From Bacteroidales bacterium (GTDB lineage Bacteria > Bacteroidota > Bacteroidia > Bacteroidales > FEN-979): DNA of 44,127 nt. Both the position numbers and the translations under genes were made by a program. Numbering within the stretch: the first letter of the stretch is position 1; the number at the start of each line of letters is the position of its first letter. The notes under the pieces are model-generated. The model ran no database searches. It worked only from the letters and a program-made list of their open reading frames with translations, and was not told where the DNA came from. The stretch spans positions 1 through 44,127 of the forward strand of contig JBEKQA010000005.1 in the NCBI GenBank assembly GCA_049520195.1. The letters run 5' to 3'. This document shows positions 19,538-28,617 of this stretch, piece by piece.

Positions 19538-19576
19538 GACCCCACCCCCAAACCCCCTCCCCCAAGAGGGAGGGGG
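19538..19576 (-). repeat. GC-rich REP-like palindromic element, copy 2 (inverted)
   Basis: gaccccacccccaaaccccctcccccaagagggaggggg is the reverse complement of copy 1 apart from homopolymer lengths. Confidence 0.85.
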
Positions 19577-19632
19577 AAGTGAGCTTAGCACATCAATAAA
19601 TGAAATATCCCGCTTCTTTTACTGTAATTCTT

Positions 19633-19640
19633 TACCTTTG
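19633..19640 (+). promoter_or_regulatory. -7 promoter element TACCTTTG for the kbl cluster
   Basis: TAnnTTTG ending 32 nt upstream of the kbl ATG. Confidence 0.65.
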
Positions 19641-19672
19641 CTACCTGATCAACAAACTACTTCATTCACACT

Positions 19673-20872
19673 ATGTACGGTAAATTTAAAGATCATCTCC
19701 AAAAGCAACTCGATACGATTATTGCAGAAGGACTTTACAAAAACGAACGTGTCCTTACGACTCCCCAGGGAGTAGAAATCAAAACAGACAAAGGTCAGAA
19801 AGTGCTGAATTTTTGCGCCAACAATTATCTGGGGCTCAGTAACGATCCAAGAACTATGGCCGGCGCTAATATGACTTTTTTCCGCTATGGCTTCGGAATG
19901 TCCTCGGTAAGATTTATTTGCGGAACCCAGAAGATACATAAAGACCTTGAAGCAAAATTGAGTGAATTCCTCGGGACTGAGGATACCATTCTTTATTCCT
20001 CTGCCTTCGATGCGAATGGGGGTGTTTTTGAGCCTCTGCTGAGTGAACAGGATGCCATCATTTCCGATGAGCTGAATCATGCTTCTATTATCGATGGAGT
20101 CAGACTTTGCAAAGCCCAGCGTTTCCGTTACAAGAACAACGACATGGAGGACCTTGAAGAAGTTCTTCAGGATGCCAGTGAATCAAGATTTAAACTAATC
20201 GTTACAGATGGTGTTTTCTCGATGGATGGGATTATTGCCCAGGTCGATAAAATATGCGACCTGGCTGAAAAATACAATGCCCTGGTCATGGTCGACGATT
20301 CTCATGCAACCGGTTTTGTCGGAAAAACAGGAAGAGGAACCATCGAATACTGTAATGCGCAGGGCAGGGTGGATATTATTTCCACGACCTTTGGCAAAGC
20401 GCTGGGAGGCGCATCCGGAGGTTGTGTCTCAGGAAGGAAAGAAATTGTAGAACTTCTTCGCCAGCGTTCACGGCCATACCTGTTCTCAAATACATTAGCG
20501 CCGGCAATCGCGGGTGCCACACTAGAGGTGCTGAAACTTCTCTCAGAAACCACTACACTCAGGGACAAATTGTTTGAAAACACTTCTCTCTTTCGCAAAG
20601 GAATGGAGAAGGCAGGTTTCAGAATCGTTCCCGGGATACATCCCATCGTCCCCGTTTTATTTGGACATCTCCCGAATGATGCGGTAGTTTCCCAGAATTT
20701 TGCCAATGCCTTACTCGATGAAGGCATCTACGTGATCGGATTTTATTATCCTGTGGTACCCAAAGGAAAATCAAGGATAAGGGTACAGATCAGTGCAGCA
20801 CATTCAACAGAACAGATAGAATTTGCCATCGAGAAATTCGTAAAAGTCGGCAAACAGCTCGGCGCAATTTAA
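19673..20872 (+). CDS. kbl: Glycine C-acetyltransferase (2-amino-3-ketobutyrate CoA ligase)
   Basis: [41 protein letters not shown]-Lys in [22 protein letters not shown]. Confidence 0.93.
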   Translation: MYGKFKDHLQKQLDTIIAEGLYKNERVLTTPQGVEIKTDKGQKVLNFCANNYLGLSNDPRTMAGANMTFFRYGFGMSSVRFICGTQKIHKDLEAKLSEFLGTEDTILYSSAFDANGGVFEPLLSEQDAIISDELNHASIIDGVRLCKAQRFRYKNNDMEDLEEVLQDASESRFKLIVTDGVFSMDGIIAQVDKICDLAEKYNALVMVDDSHATGFVGKTGRGTIEYCNAQGRVDIISTTFGKALGGASGGCVSGRKEIVELLRQRSRPYLFSNTLAPAIAGATLEVLKLLSETTTLRDKLFENTSLFRKGMEKAGFRIVPGIHPIVPVLFGHLPNDAVVSQNFANALLDEGIYVIGFYYPVVPKGKSRIRVQISAAHSTEQIEFAIEKFVKVGKQLGAI

Positions 20873-20885
20873 ACCCGCAATTAGC

Positions 20886-21269
20886 ATGATATATGGTATT
20901 GGAACAGATATTATTGAAGTCCCCCGCATCGAAAAGGTGATGGAAAAAGACATTGGCTTCCGGGATAAGATTTTTTCTCCCGGTGAGATCGCCTATTGTG
21001 AGACAAAAAGACACAAGTATGAGAATTATGCTGCCCGGTTCTCGGCCAAAGAAGCCTTCATGAAAGCCATCGGGACCGGTTGGAGGTTTGGGATCCGGTT
21101 TGCCGATATCGAAGTTTATCATGATGAATTCGGCAAGCCATTGATAAGGCTTTACGGGAAAGCAGAAGAACTTGTAAAGAATGAAGGGATTTCAAAAATT
21201 CATGTATCTTTATCGCATATAAAAGATGTTGCTACCGCAATCGTGATCGTAGAGACAGATAAAAAATAA
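20886..21269 (+). CDS. acpS: Holo-ACP synthase (AcpS-type phosphopantetheinyl transferase)
   Basis: GIGTDIIE, ARFSAKEAFMKA, GKP, VSLSH. Confidence 0.95.
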   Translation: MIYGIGTDIIEVPRIEKVMEKDIGFRDKIFSPGEIAYCETKRHKYENYAARFSAKEAFMKAIGTGWRFGIRFADIEVYHDEFGKPLIRLYGKAEELVKNEGISKIHVSLSHIKDVATAIVIVETDKK

Positions 21270-21370
21270 ACAGGTCTCATGCAAAGAACTTGGAATACTG
21301 ACTATAGAACTTATCCAAAAACACAATACAACTCAATTCTTACAGTATTAACCAAACAACAAATTTCACT

Positions 21371-23074
21371 ATGTCGCACATCGGATCATACGACGAAAGA
21401 ATTAAAAATTTCAGTTGGAACATTGCCGAACAAGAACTGGGCTATAAGCCCGGAGATGTGATAAACATCGGCTGGTATTGTTCCGACCGCATCTGCCAGA
21501 TGGGGAAAGCAGACAAGATGGCCCTTATCTGGGATGGACTTGGAGGAGCTGAAAAACGCTACACCTACAATGACATTCGCATTGCGAGCAACTCGATCGG
21601 TCAATTCCTGAGGGACCTTGGGATTAACGCCGGCGATCGCGTTTGTCTGTTCATGGATAAAATCCCTGAACTCTACATTGGTTTCCTGGGAATCCTGAAG
21701 ACGGGTGCCATTGCCCAGCCTTTGTTCTCTGCCTTTGGCGATGAATCACTCTTTATCCGTCTGGAAAATGCCCAGACACGTGCTGTCATCACTCAGAAAA
21801 AACATGCTCCAAAAGTTCGTAAGATCATTGAAAAGATGCCCTGGCTGGAATATCTGATCATCGTTGATCAGGATCCGTCAAAGCCTTTGCAACAAAGGGA
21901 AGTAGCTATGAATCTCGAAGAGCTTCCAAAAGTTGAGAATTTCGAGATCTATCCCACATATGCCGAAACACCTTCTGTTCTTCATTACACTTCCGGAACC
22001 ACGGGTCAGCCAAAAGGCGTTAAGCATGTGCATTATTCCCTGATTTCACAATACCTGACCTCAAAATGGGTTCTGGACCTGCAGGACGATGATATTTACT
22101 GGTGTACTGCAGACCCCGGCTGGGTTACAGGAACCTCATATGGAATCATCGGCGCATTCAGCAACGGGGTTACTCAATGTGTGACCGATGCCGGCTTCTC
22201 TGCTGAAGCCTGGTACAGGTTTATTGAAAAGCACCGCATCACGATGTGGTATTCGGCACCAACAGCCATCCGTTCCCTCATGAAGGCTGGCGATGAGATC
22301 ATTAAGAAATTTGATCTTACCTGTCTCCGCCACCTGGCAAGTGTAGGAGAACCGCTGAATTCAGAGGCCGTGATCTGGTCAGAAAAAGTTTTTGGAAAGC
22401 CCTTCCTTGATACCTATTGGCAAACTGAAACGGGATCGATCATGATCTCTAATTATCCCGGAATGAAAATCAAACCCGGTTCGATGGGTAAGCCTTTCCC
22501 TGGGATCACAGCAACGGTCATTAATTCAGACACTTATGAGCCATTCGGCGAAAGTGGAAAGATCGGTCTGATTGCTTTGAAACCCGGCTGGCCCTCCATG
22601 ATGAGAATGTACTGGAACAATGAAGAGACTTACAAGAATAAATTCAAGAATGGATGGTATCTGCCAGGCGACCGTTCAAGTATCGACAATGAAGGATATT
22701 TCTGGTTTGTAGGCCGCGACGATGATGTGATCAATACAGGTGGCCACCTGGTAAGTCCGTTTGAAGTTGAATCGGCGTTGCTTGAGCATCCTGCCGTAGC
22801 GGAATCCGCTGTTGTAGCTAAGCCCGATTTCGTCAACATGGAAGTCGTCAAAGCCTTTGTAACGCTGAAGCCAGGCTTTGTTGCCAGTAAGGACCTGGAT
22901 CTCGACATCATGAACTTTGTCAGGAAGAAACTCTCGCCCCTTGCCATGCCACAGGAGATCGAATTCATCGATTCATTGCCAAAAACAAGGAGCGGCAAGA
23001 TCATGAGAAGGATTCTCCACGCAAAAGAGTGGGGAGAAGAAATAGGCGATACAAGTACGCTGGAAAATGACTAA
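21371..23074 (+). CDS. AMP-forming short-chain acyl ligase (AcsA-like), probably an acyl-carrier-protein ligase
   Basis: YTSGTTGQPKG, WCTADPGWVTG, SVGEPLN, DTYWQTETG, GRDDDVI, LPKTRSGKIMRR. Confidence 0.9.
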   Translation: MSHIGSYDERIKNFSWNIAEQELGYKPGDVINIGWYCSDRICQMGKADKMALIWDGLGGAEKRYTYNDIRIASNSIGQFLRDLGINAGDRVCLFMDKIPELYIGFLGILKTGAIAQPLFSAFGDESLFIRLENAQTRAVITQKKHAPKVRKIIEKMPWLEYLIIVDQDPSKPLQQREVAMNLEELPKVENFEIYPTYAETPSVLHYTSGTTGQPKGVKHVHYSLISQYLTSKWVLDLQDDDIYWCTADPGWVTGTSYGIIGAFSNGVTQCVTDAGFSAEAWYRFIEKHRITMWYSAPTAIRSLMKAGDEIIKKFDLTCLRHLASVGEPLNSEAVIWSEKVFGKPFLDTYWQTETGSIMISNYPGMKIKPGSMGKPFPGITATVINSDTYEPFGESGKIGLIALKPGWPSMMRMYWNNEETYKNKFKNGWYLPGDRSSIDNEGYFWFVGRDDDVINTGGHLVSPFEVESALLEHPAVAESAVVAKPDFVNMEVVKAFVTLKPGFVASKDLDLDIMNFVRKKLSPLAMPQEIEFIDSLPKTRSGKIMRRILHAKEWGEEIGDTSTLEND

Positions 23075-23160
23075 CCTTGTAATTAATTACCATACCTTAT
23101 CAAAGACTTAAATAGAATATTAATAATAAATTAAAAACCTTTAAAATAGGAGAGTGCATT

Positions 23161-23403
23161 ATGGAAGACATGAAAGAAATAGTCAAAAATTACGTCATCA
23201 ACGAGTATGTGGAAGACGACACCGAATTGACTTACGATACCCCGCTGATCTCTGGTGGTATTGTCGATTCCTTTTCAATGGTATCCCTCAAGCGGTTTCT
23301 TGAAAACAAGTACAAGATCTCCATCCCGGATGATAAAGCCACTCCCGAGGCATTCGATTCGGTCAATAAGATTTGTACACTTGTTAATGAATATTTAAAA
23401 TAA
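23161..23403 (+). CDS. Stand-alone acyl/peptidyl carrier protein
   Basis: 80 aa, acidic; DTPLISGGIVDSFSMV with the phosphopantetheine Ser in DS; FDSV..I at the C-terminus. Confidence 0.9.
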   Translation: MEDMKEIVKNYVINEYVEDDTELTYDTPLISGGIVDSFSMVSLKRFLENKYKISIPDDKATPEAFDSVNKICTLVNEYLK

Positions 23404-23415
23404 TGGAGGTGAACT

Positions 23416-24663
23416 ATGGCATACAGTGACAAAGTACGTAATTCGTACCAGGAAATCCTGAACGGCATGAAAGATGCCGGACTTTTAAAAGTTGAACGTT
23501 ACATTCATTCTGCCCAGGCTGCGGATATTGAAGTTGAATTCCCTGAAGGGGCTTCTCTGAAAAAGGTGATCAACATTTGTGCAAACAACTATCTTGGCTT
23601 ATCCAGTCACCCGGAGGTTGTAAAGGCTGCCCATGCCGGGCTTGATTCACGTGGCTATGGCATGTCTTCTGTCCGCTTTATCTGCGGAACCCAGGATATT
23701 CACAGGCAACTCGAACATATGGTCACCAAGTTCCTTGGTACCGAAGACACGATCCTGTTCCCTTCCTGTATGGATGCTAACGCCGGAGTTTTTGAGGCCG
23801 TCCTGACAAAGGATGATGTAATGATATCCGACCGTCTCGTTCATGCTTCTATTGTCGATGGTATCCGTCTTTGCAGTGCCATGCATGACACTTTCAAACA
23901 TTCAGACATGGCTCATCTGGAAGAAAAACTTCAGCTTCACAGCGACAAGCGCCTTAAAATGGTAATTACTGACGGTGTTTTCTCGATGGATGGAGATACT
24001 GCAAAGCTTGACCAGATGGCCGACCTGTGCGACAAATACGATGCTATGCTTTTCTGCGATGATTCTCATGCCAGCGGATTCATTGGAAAGACCGGCCGCG
24101 GTACGCATGAAAAATGCGGAGTGATGGGAAGGATGGATATTATCACCACTACCTTCGGTAAAGGACTTGGAGGCGCATCCGGTGGTTGCGTTTCAGGACG
24201 TAAGGAACTTGTTGAAATGTGCCGTCAGAAAGCCCGTCCGTACCTCTTCTCCAATACCATTGCACCTCCTGTCGTAGCCGGTGTTATCAAGGTTCTTGAG
24301 ATCCTCTCCGCCACAACAGAACGCCGTGATAAACTTGAAAAGAATACAGAATTCTGGCGCAAAGGTCTTACCGAAATTGGCCTTATCATCAAGGAAGGCG
24401 ATACACCTATTGTTCCGGTCAGGCTGTTCACTGCAAAGCTTTCCCAGGATGTTTCGAGAGACCTTTACGAAGAAGGCATTTATGCTATTGGGTTCTTCTT
24501 CCCGGTAGTTCCGCAGAGCCAAGCCAGGATCCGTACGCAGATATCTGCAGGTCATGAGATCCATCACCTGGAAAAGGCTCTCGATGCCTTCAAGAAGGTT
24601 GGGCAGAAATACAACATTCTTGGAAAGACCAAGCAGGAAATCATCGAAATGTACGGGATGTAG
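23416..24663 (+). CDS. Second, divergent Kbl-like PLP alpha-oxoamine synthase
   Basis: [57 protein letters not shown]; N-terminal insert and C-terminal extension. Confidence 0.9.
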   Translation: MAYSDKVRNSYQEILNGMKDAGLLKVERYIHSAQAADIEVEFPEGASLKKVINICANNYLGLSSHPEVVKAAHAGLDSRGYGMSSVRFICGTQDIHRQLEHMVTKFLGTEDTILFPSCMDANAGVFEAVLTKDDVMISDRLVHASIVDGIRLCSAMHDTFKHSDMAHLEEKLQLHSDKRLKMVITDGVFSMDGDTAKLDQMADLCDKYDAMLFCDDSHASGFIGKTGRGTHEKCGVMGRMDIITTTFGKGLGGASGGCVSGRKELVEMCRQKARPYLFSNTIAPPVVAGVIKVLEILSATTERRDKLEKNTEFWRKGLTEIGLIIKEGDTPIVPVRLFTAKLSQDVSRDLYEEGIYAIGFFFPVVPQSQARIRTQISAGHEIHHLEKALDAFKKVGQKYNILGKTKQEIIEMYGM

Positions 24664-24667
24664 ATTT

Positions 24668-24752
24668 AAATAGCGAAATGGCGAAATGATGAAATAGCGA
24701 AAAAAGAAATCAGTTCAAATAACTGCTCCGTTATTTTACCATTTTGCCATCT
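24668..24752. repeat. Tandem 8-mers (AAATRGCG type) with inverted partner copies; possible fold-back after the cluster
   Basis: aaatagcg aaatggcg aaatgatg aaatagcg ... cgttattt taccattt tgccatct. Confidence 0.7.
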
Positions 24753-24845
24753 TACTTATCTCTAACGCCACGTCACTTCATATTGGTTTTATTTGTAATT
24801 TTGTAACTGCTAAATTAATAATAATGTAATTTCAATATAAGCTTT

Positions 24846-25352
24846 ATGAAAAAAGTGATAATTCTTTTCTTTTTACTGGGAATGATTATTTCGTCTTATA
24901 GTCAGACAACTTCTCAGCAGCCCTACAATCCGAATCAGGATATTCGTGCCGATGTTAAAGCTGCAATTGCAAAAGCAAAAGCAGAAAATAAGCATGTGCT
25001 GATTCAATGGGGCGGGAACTGGTGCCCATGGTGCTTAAAGTTTCATAGTCTTGTTACTAGCCAGCATCAGATAGATTCTATAATGAAAAAGGATTACATC
25101 TATATCCTCGCCAGTGTTCCTAAGGAAAAGGACAAACGTGATTATAATCTTTACAAGGAATTTGGTTATCCGGTCCGTTTCGGGTTCCCGGTATTTGTGA
25201 TCCTAGACGGCAATGGCAAGCAGCTTCATATACAGGATTCCGGATTACTGGAGTATGCCAAAGCACCAGGATATGATACTACAAAAGTTTTTACTTTCCT
25301 GAAAATGTGGAATGTAAAAGCAGTTGATCCGGCATCTTATCCTGTAAAATAG
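24846..25352 (+). CDS. Secreted thioredoxin-family protein
   Basis: Signal peptide, GGNWCPWC, GFP cis-Pro loop; TAATTTTG -7 element at 24796-24803. Confidence 0.88.
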   Translation: MKKVIILFFLLGMIISSYSQTTSQQPYNPNQDIRADVKAAIAKAKAENKHVLIQWGGNWCPWCLKFHSLVTSQHQIDSIMKKDYIYILASVPKEKDKRDYNLYKEFGYPVRFGFPVFVILDGNGKQLHIQDSGLLEYAKAPGYDTTKVFTFLKMWNVKAVDPASYPVK

Positions 25353-25368
25353 TTATCTGAATCCTGAA

Positions 25369-28053
25369 ATGAATGTTCACAATCTTGATCCCATCTTCAA
25401 TCCCCAGCGGATTGCATTGATCGGGGTTACTACCAATCCGAACAGTGTAAGCGGGAAAGTACTTATTAATCTTGTCAGCGGAGGCTTTCGGGGTGTCGTT
25501 TATCCTGTAAACCCGGACAACGAAGCCGTGATGGGAATCCCTTGCTATCCTGATATAAAGAGCCTGCCCAAAGTTCCGGACCTGGGTATTATCTGCACAC
25601 CGGCTGAAAAAGTGATTGGAGTCATCAGGGAATGCGGAGAAACAGGTATCCTTGGAGTTATTATCATTTCTGCAGGGTTCAAGGAGATTGGGGAAGAGGG
25701 TGCAAAAATGGAAGAAGAGATCCGTGGACTGGTAAAGAAATATGAGGGTATGCGGATCATAGGGCCGAACTGCCTCGGGGTTATTGTCCCCTCACTCAAA
25801 CTGAATGCCAGCTTTGCTGCAGCCATGCCAAGGCCAGGGAATATTGCTTTCATCTCTCAATCAGGGGCTTTGTGTACTTCTGTTCTGGACTGGGCCATGG
25901 AAGGAAAGATCGGATTCAGCCAGTTTGTCTCTATCGGTAATAGCCTGGATGTTGAATTTGGCGATTTGATCGACTATTTCGGGGAAGATGAAAATACCCA
26001 TTGTATCATTCTCTATATCGAATCGATAACAAATTCAAGGAAATTCATGACGGCTGCCCGTGCTTTTGCACGGAAAAAACCGATCATTGTCTATAAAGCA
26101 GGTCGTTTCCCCGAATCTGCCCATGTTGCGGCTTCACATACGGGAGCCATGGCATCCGAAGATGCGGTATATGATGCTGCTTTTCAAAGGGCAGGGCTTG
26201 CCAGGGTTTATGAGATTGGCGATATATTCAGTGTTGCTGAACTTATCGGGAGGAATAAGTTTCCACGTGGGCCTCGTCTGGGGATTATCACCAATGCCGG
26301 TGGACCCGGAGTAATGGCAACGGATGCACTGATAGCCTCGAATGGGGTTCTTTCAGAACTCTCCGAAGAGACAATGACGAAACTTAATGAAAATTTGCCG
26401 GCTTTCTGGTCACATGGAAATCCTGTTGATGTACTGGGAGATGCCCGTGCAAAGCGTATTGCCAAAGCTACTCAAATCGTTCTCGAGGATTCGAATACAG
26501 ATGCAGTGCTGGTGATCCTGACTCCGCAGGCGATGACTAACCCGAATGCCACAGCAAAAGAAATAGGCACGCTGGTTGCTGCTACAAGTAAACCTATTCT
26601 GGCTGCATGGCTGGGAGGGCATAGTATGCATGAAGCAGATGATATCCTGGTTGAAACGGGGATTCCATCATATAAAACTCCGGAACAGGCCATCCGTGCT
26701 TTTATGACTATGGTTTCTTATTCCCGGAATCTTGAGATTCTTTATGAAACCCCGAAAGATATCCCTGTTGAGTTTAAGGTTGATCGTGTCAAACTACGCA
26801 AAGAGTTTGAGCTGATCATCAGTAAAAATGAGTCTGTATTATCTGAAGAGATTTCAAAGACAATATTGGAATCTTATGGCATCTTAACGACGAAACCCTA
26901 TAAAGCTGCTACAGCCAAGGAGGCGGTCAGCATTGCTGAAGAATTAGGATATCCGGTAGTTTTAAAGATCGATTCCCCTGATATCACACATAAATCTGAT
27001 ATTGGCGGGGTCAAACTGAATCTTGGCGATGATCAGCAAGTCAAGAAAGCATTCAGGCAGATCACAGAATCTGCAGCCAACCACATTCCTTCAGCAAGGA
27101 TAGATGGTGTGACGGTTCAAAGGATGTTTTCTTCCAAAGATGCCGTTGAACTGATCCTTGGGATAAAGAAGGATAAAATATTCGGAACGGTATTAATGGT
27201 AGGAATGGGGGGGATCTCGGCCGAACTGTTCGGTGATAAGGCTCTTGGATTTCCTCCTTTGAATGAAAGCCTTGCAAGGAGGATGCTGGAATCCCTGAAG
27301 ATTTATCCCCTGCTTAAAGGATACCGTGGAAGTAAACCCAAAAACATTAACCAGCTGATCCAGGTACTTATCCGGCTTTCATACCTTGCTGCCGATTATC
27401 CCGAGATCCTTGAGCTGGATATCAACCCTTTGCTTGTAACATCTGCAGAAGCTATTGCCCTGGATGGCAGGATTGTCATCGATCGTGAAGTTGTCCGCCA
27501 GGAAAATCATCCTTATGCACATCTTGCTCTTCATCCTTATCCGGAGGAATTTGTCAAACCCATCAAACTAAAAGATAGAACAAAGCTGCTTCTGAGGCCC
27601 ATTAAACCTGAAGACGAACCTCTGTGGCTCGCCATGATCGGCAGATGCTCAAAAGATTCCCTCTATTCCCGGTTCCGATACTTTTTCCATTGGCAATCAC
27701 ATGAAGCAGCCACCCGGTATTGTTACAATGACTATGACCGGGAAATCGCAATTGTTGCCGAATTGAGCGATGAGAATTCCAGGAAATTATTAGGGGTTGG
27801 CCGCCTAATTGCAGATCCTGACCATGAAAGCGTGGAATATGCTATCCTGATTGAAGATGCATGGCAGAAGAAAGATCTGGGGAATATGCTTACCGATTAT
27901 TGTCTTGAGATTGCCAAAAGCTGGAAACTGAAACGCTTCACCGCCCAGACCACAACAGATAACAAACGAATGATATCTGTATTCCGTAAAAGAGGTTTTG
28001 ATGTTCGTATAAACGAAAGGGATTCTACGGTAGATGTGTCTAAGGAACTCTGA
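25369..28053 (+). CDS. ADP-forming acetate-CoA ligase family protein fused to a C-terminal GNAT domain (Pat/Pka architecture)
   Basis: CoA-binding domain, GPNCLG, SQSGA, SHTG, NAGGPG, NPVD, ATP-grasp HKSDIGGV, DINP, GNAT RPIKPED...EYAI. Confidence 0.92.
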   Translation: MNVHNLDPIFNPQRIALIGVTTNPNSVSGKVLINLVSGGFRGVVYPVNPDNEAVMGIPCYPDIKSLPKVPDLGIICTPAEKVIGVIRECGETGILGVIIISAGFKEIGEEGAKMEEEIRGLVKKYEGMRIIGPNCLGVIVPSLKLNASFAAAMPRPGNIAFISQSGALCTSVLDWAMEGKIGFSQFVSIGNSLDVEFGDLIDYFGEDENTHCIILYIESITNSRKFMTAARAFARKKPIIVYKAGRFPESAHVAASHTGAMASEDAVYDAAFQRAGLARVYEIGDIFSVAELIGRNKFPRGPRLGIITNAGGPGVMATDALIASNGVLSELSEETMTKLNENLPAFWSHGNPVDVLGDARAKRIAKATQIVLEDSNTDAVLVILTPQAMTNPNATAKEIGTLVAATSKPILAAWLGGHSMHEADDILVETGIPSYKTPEQAIRAFMTMVSYSRNLEILYETPKDIPVEFKVDRVKLRKEFELIISKNESVLSEEISKTILESYGILTTKPYKAATAKEAVSIAEELGYPVVLKIDSPDITHKSDIGGVKLNLGDDQQVKKAFRQITESAANHIPSARIDGVTVQRMFSSKDAVELILGIKKDKIFGTVLMVGMGGISAELFGDKALGFPPLNESLARRMLESLKIYPLLKGYRGSKPKNINQLIQVLIRLSYLAADYPEILELDINPLLVTSAEAIALDGRIVIDREVVRQENHPYAHLALHPYPEEFVKPIKLKDRTKLLLRPIKPEDEPLWLAMIGRCSKDSLYSRFRYFFHWQSHEAATRYCYNDYDREIAIVAELSDENSRKLLGVGRLIADPDHESVEYAILIEDAWQKKDLGNMLTDYCLEIAKSWKLKRFTAQTTTDNKRMISVFRKRGFDVRINERDSTVDVSKEL

Positions 28054-28100
28054 AATGATAATAAAATAAACTAAAATACGTTTTTTAATAAATAATTAAA

Positions 28101-28604
28101 ATGAATATGAAAAGATTATTGACACTTTTTCTTTCTATTATAGTTGTATTTCTGATTTCATCTTGTACAACATATAAACCAATTCAAAAACACCTGATCG
28201 GAACCTGGAAGGTCATGAAGATTAAGCAATCCAGTACTCCAGGCACTATGGCATTTGGTGAAAAGGACAAGGACAACAAAAACAACCACGTTGATACTAT
28301 TACTAACCCAAATAACGTCAGGAAACTTTCAAAAGAAGAACTGGAGCAGATTGCAATGTCTCTGTCAGAAATCAATTATAATCTGACTTTTAACGCTGAT
28401 AAAACCGCTGTTAAGGAATACCAAGGCAAAACAATACATGCAACTTGGAAACTAAAAGATAACGGAAGGAGTTTGCTTATCAATAGTAAAGGAACTGGCA
28501 AACAAGTGCTTTTCCATATCCAGCAAATCAACGATACCATTGCCATTTTTTCAGTTACATCACTTCTTGGTACAAGTAGAATCCTTTACGAAAAAAAGAA
28601 GTAG
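28101..28604 (+). CDS. Hypothetical lipoprotein with lipocalin-like beta-barrel
   Basis: Lipobox ISSC, LIGTWK, ATWKL. Confidence 0.7.
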   Translation: MNMKRLLTLFLSIIVVFLISSCTTYKPIQKHLIGTWKVMKIKQSSTPGTMAFGEKDKDNKNNHVDTITNPNNVRKLSKEELEQIAMSLSEINYNLTFNADKTAVKEYQGKTIHATWKLKDNGRSLLINSKGTGKQVLFHIQQINDTIAIFSVTSLLGTSRILYEKKK

Positions 28605-28617
28605 TAAACCCGCCAGT

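Noticed and set aside
21279-21461. 60-aa ORF between acpS and the ligase as a leader or precursor peptide
   Set aside because: It overlaps the ligase out of frame, has no recognisable features, and no attenuator hairpin was seen
19673-24663. Calling the cluster sphingolipid (Spt) or biotin (BioF) synthesis
   Set aside because: Both PLP enzymes carry Kbl-type signatures ([15 protein letters not shown]) and the ligase is acetate-type, not long-chain
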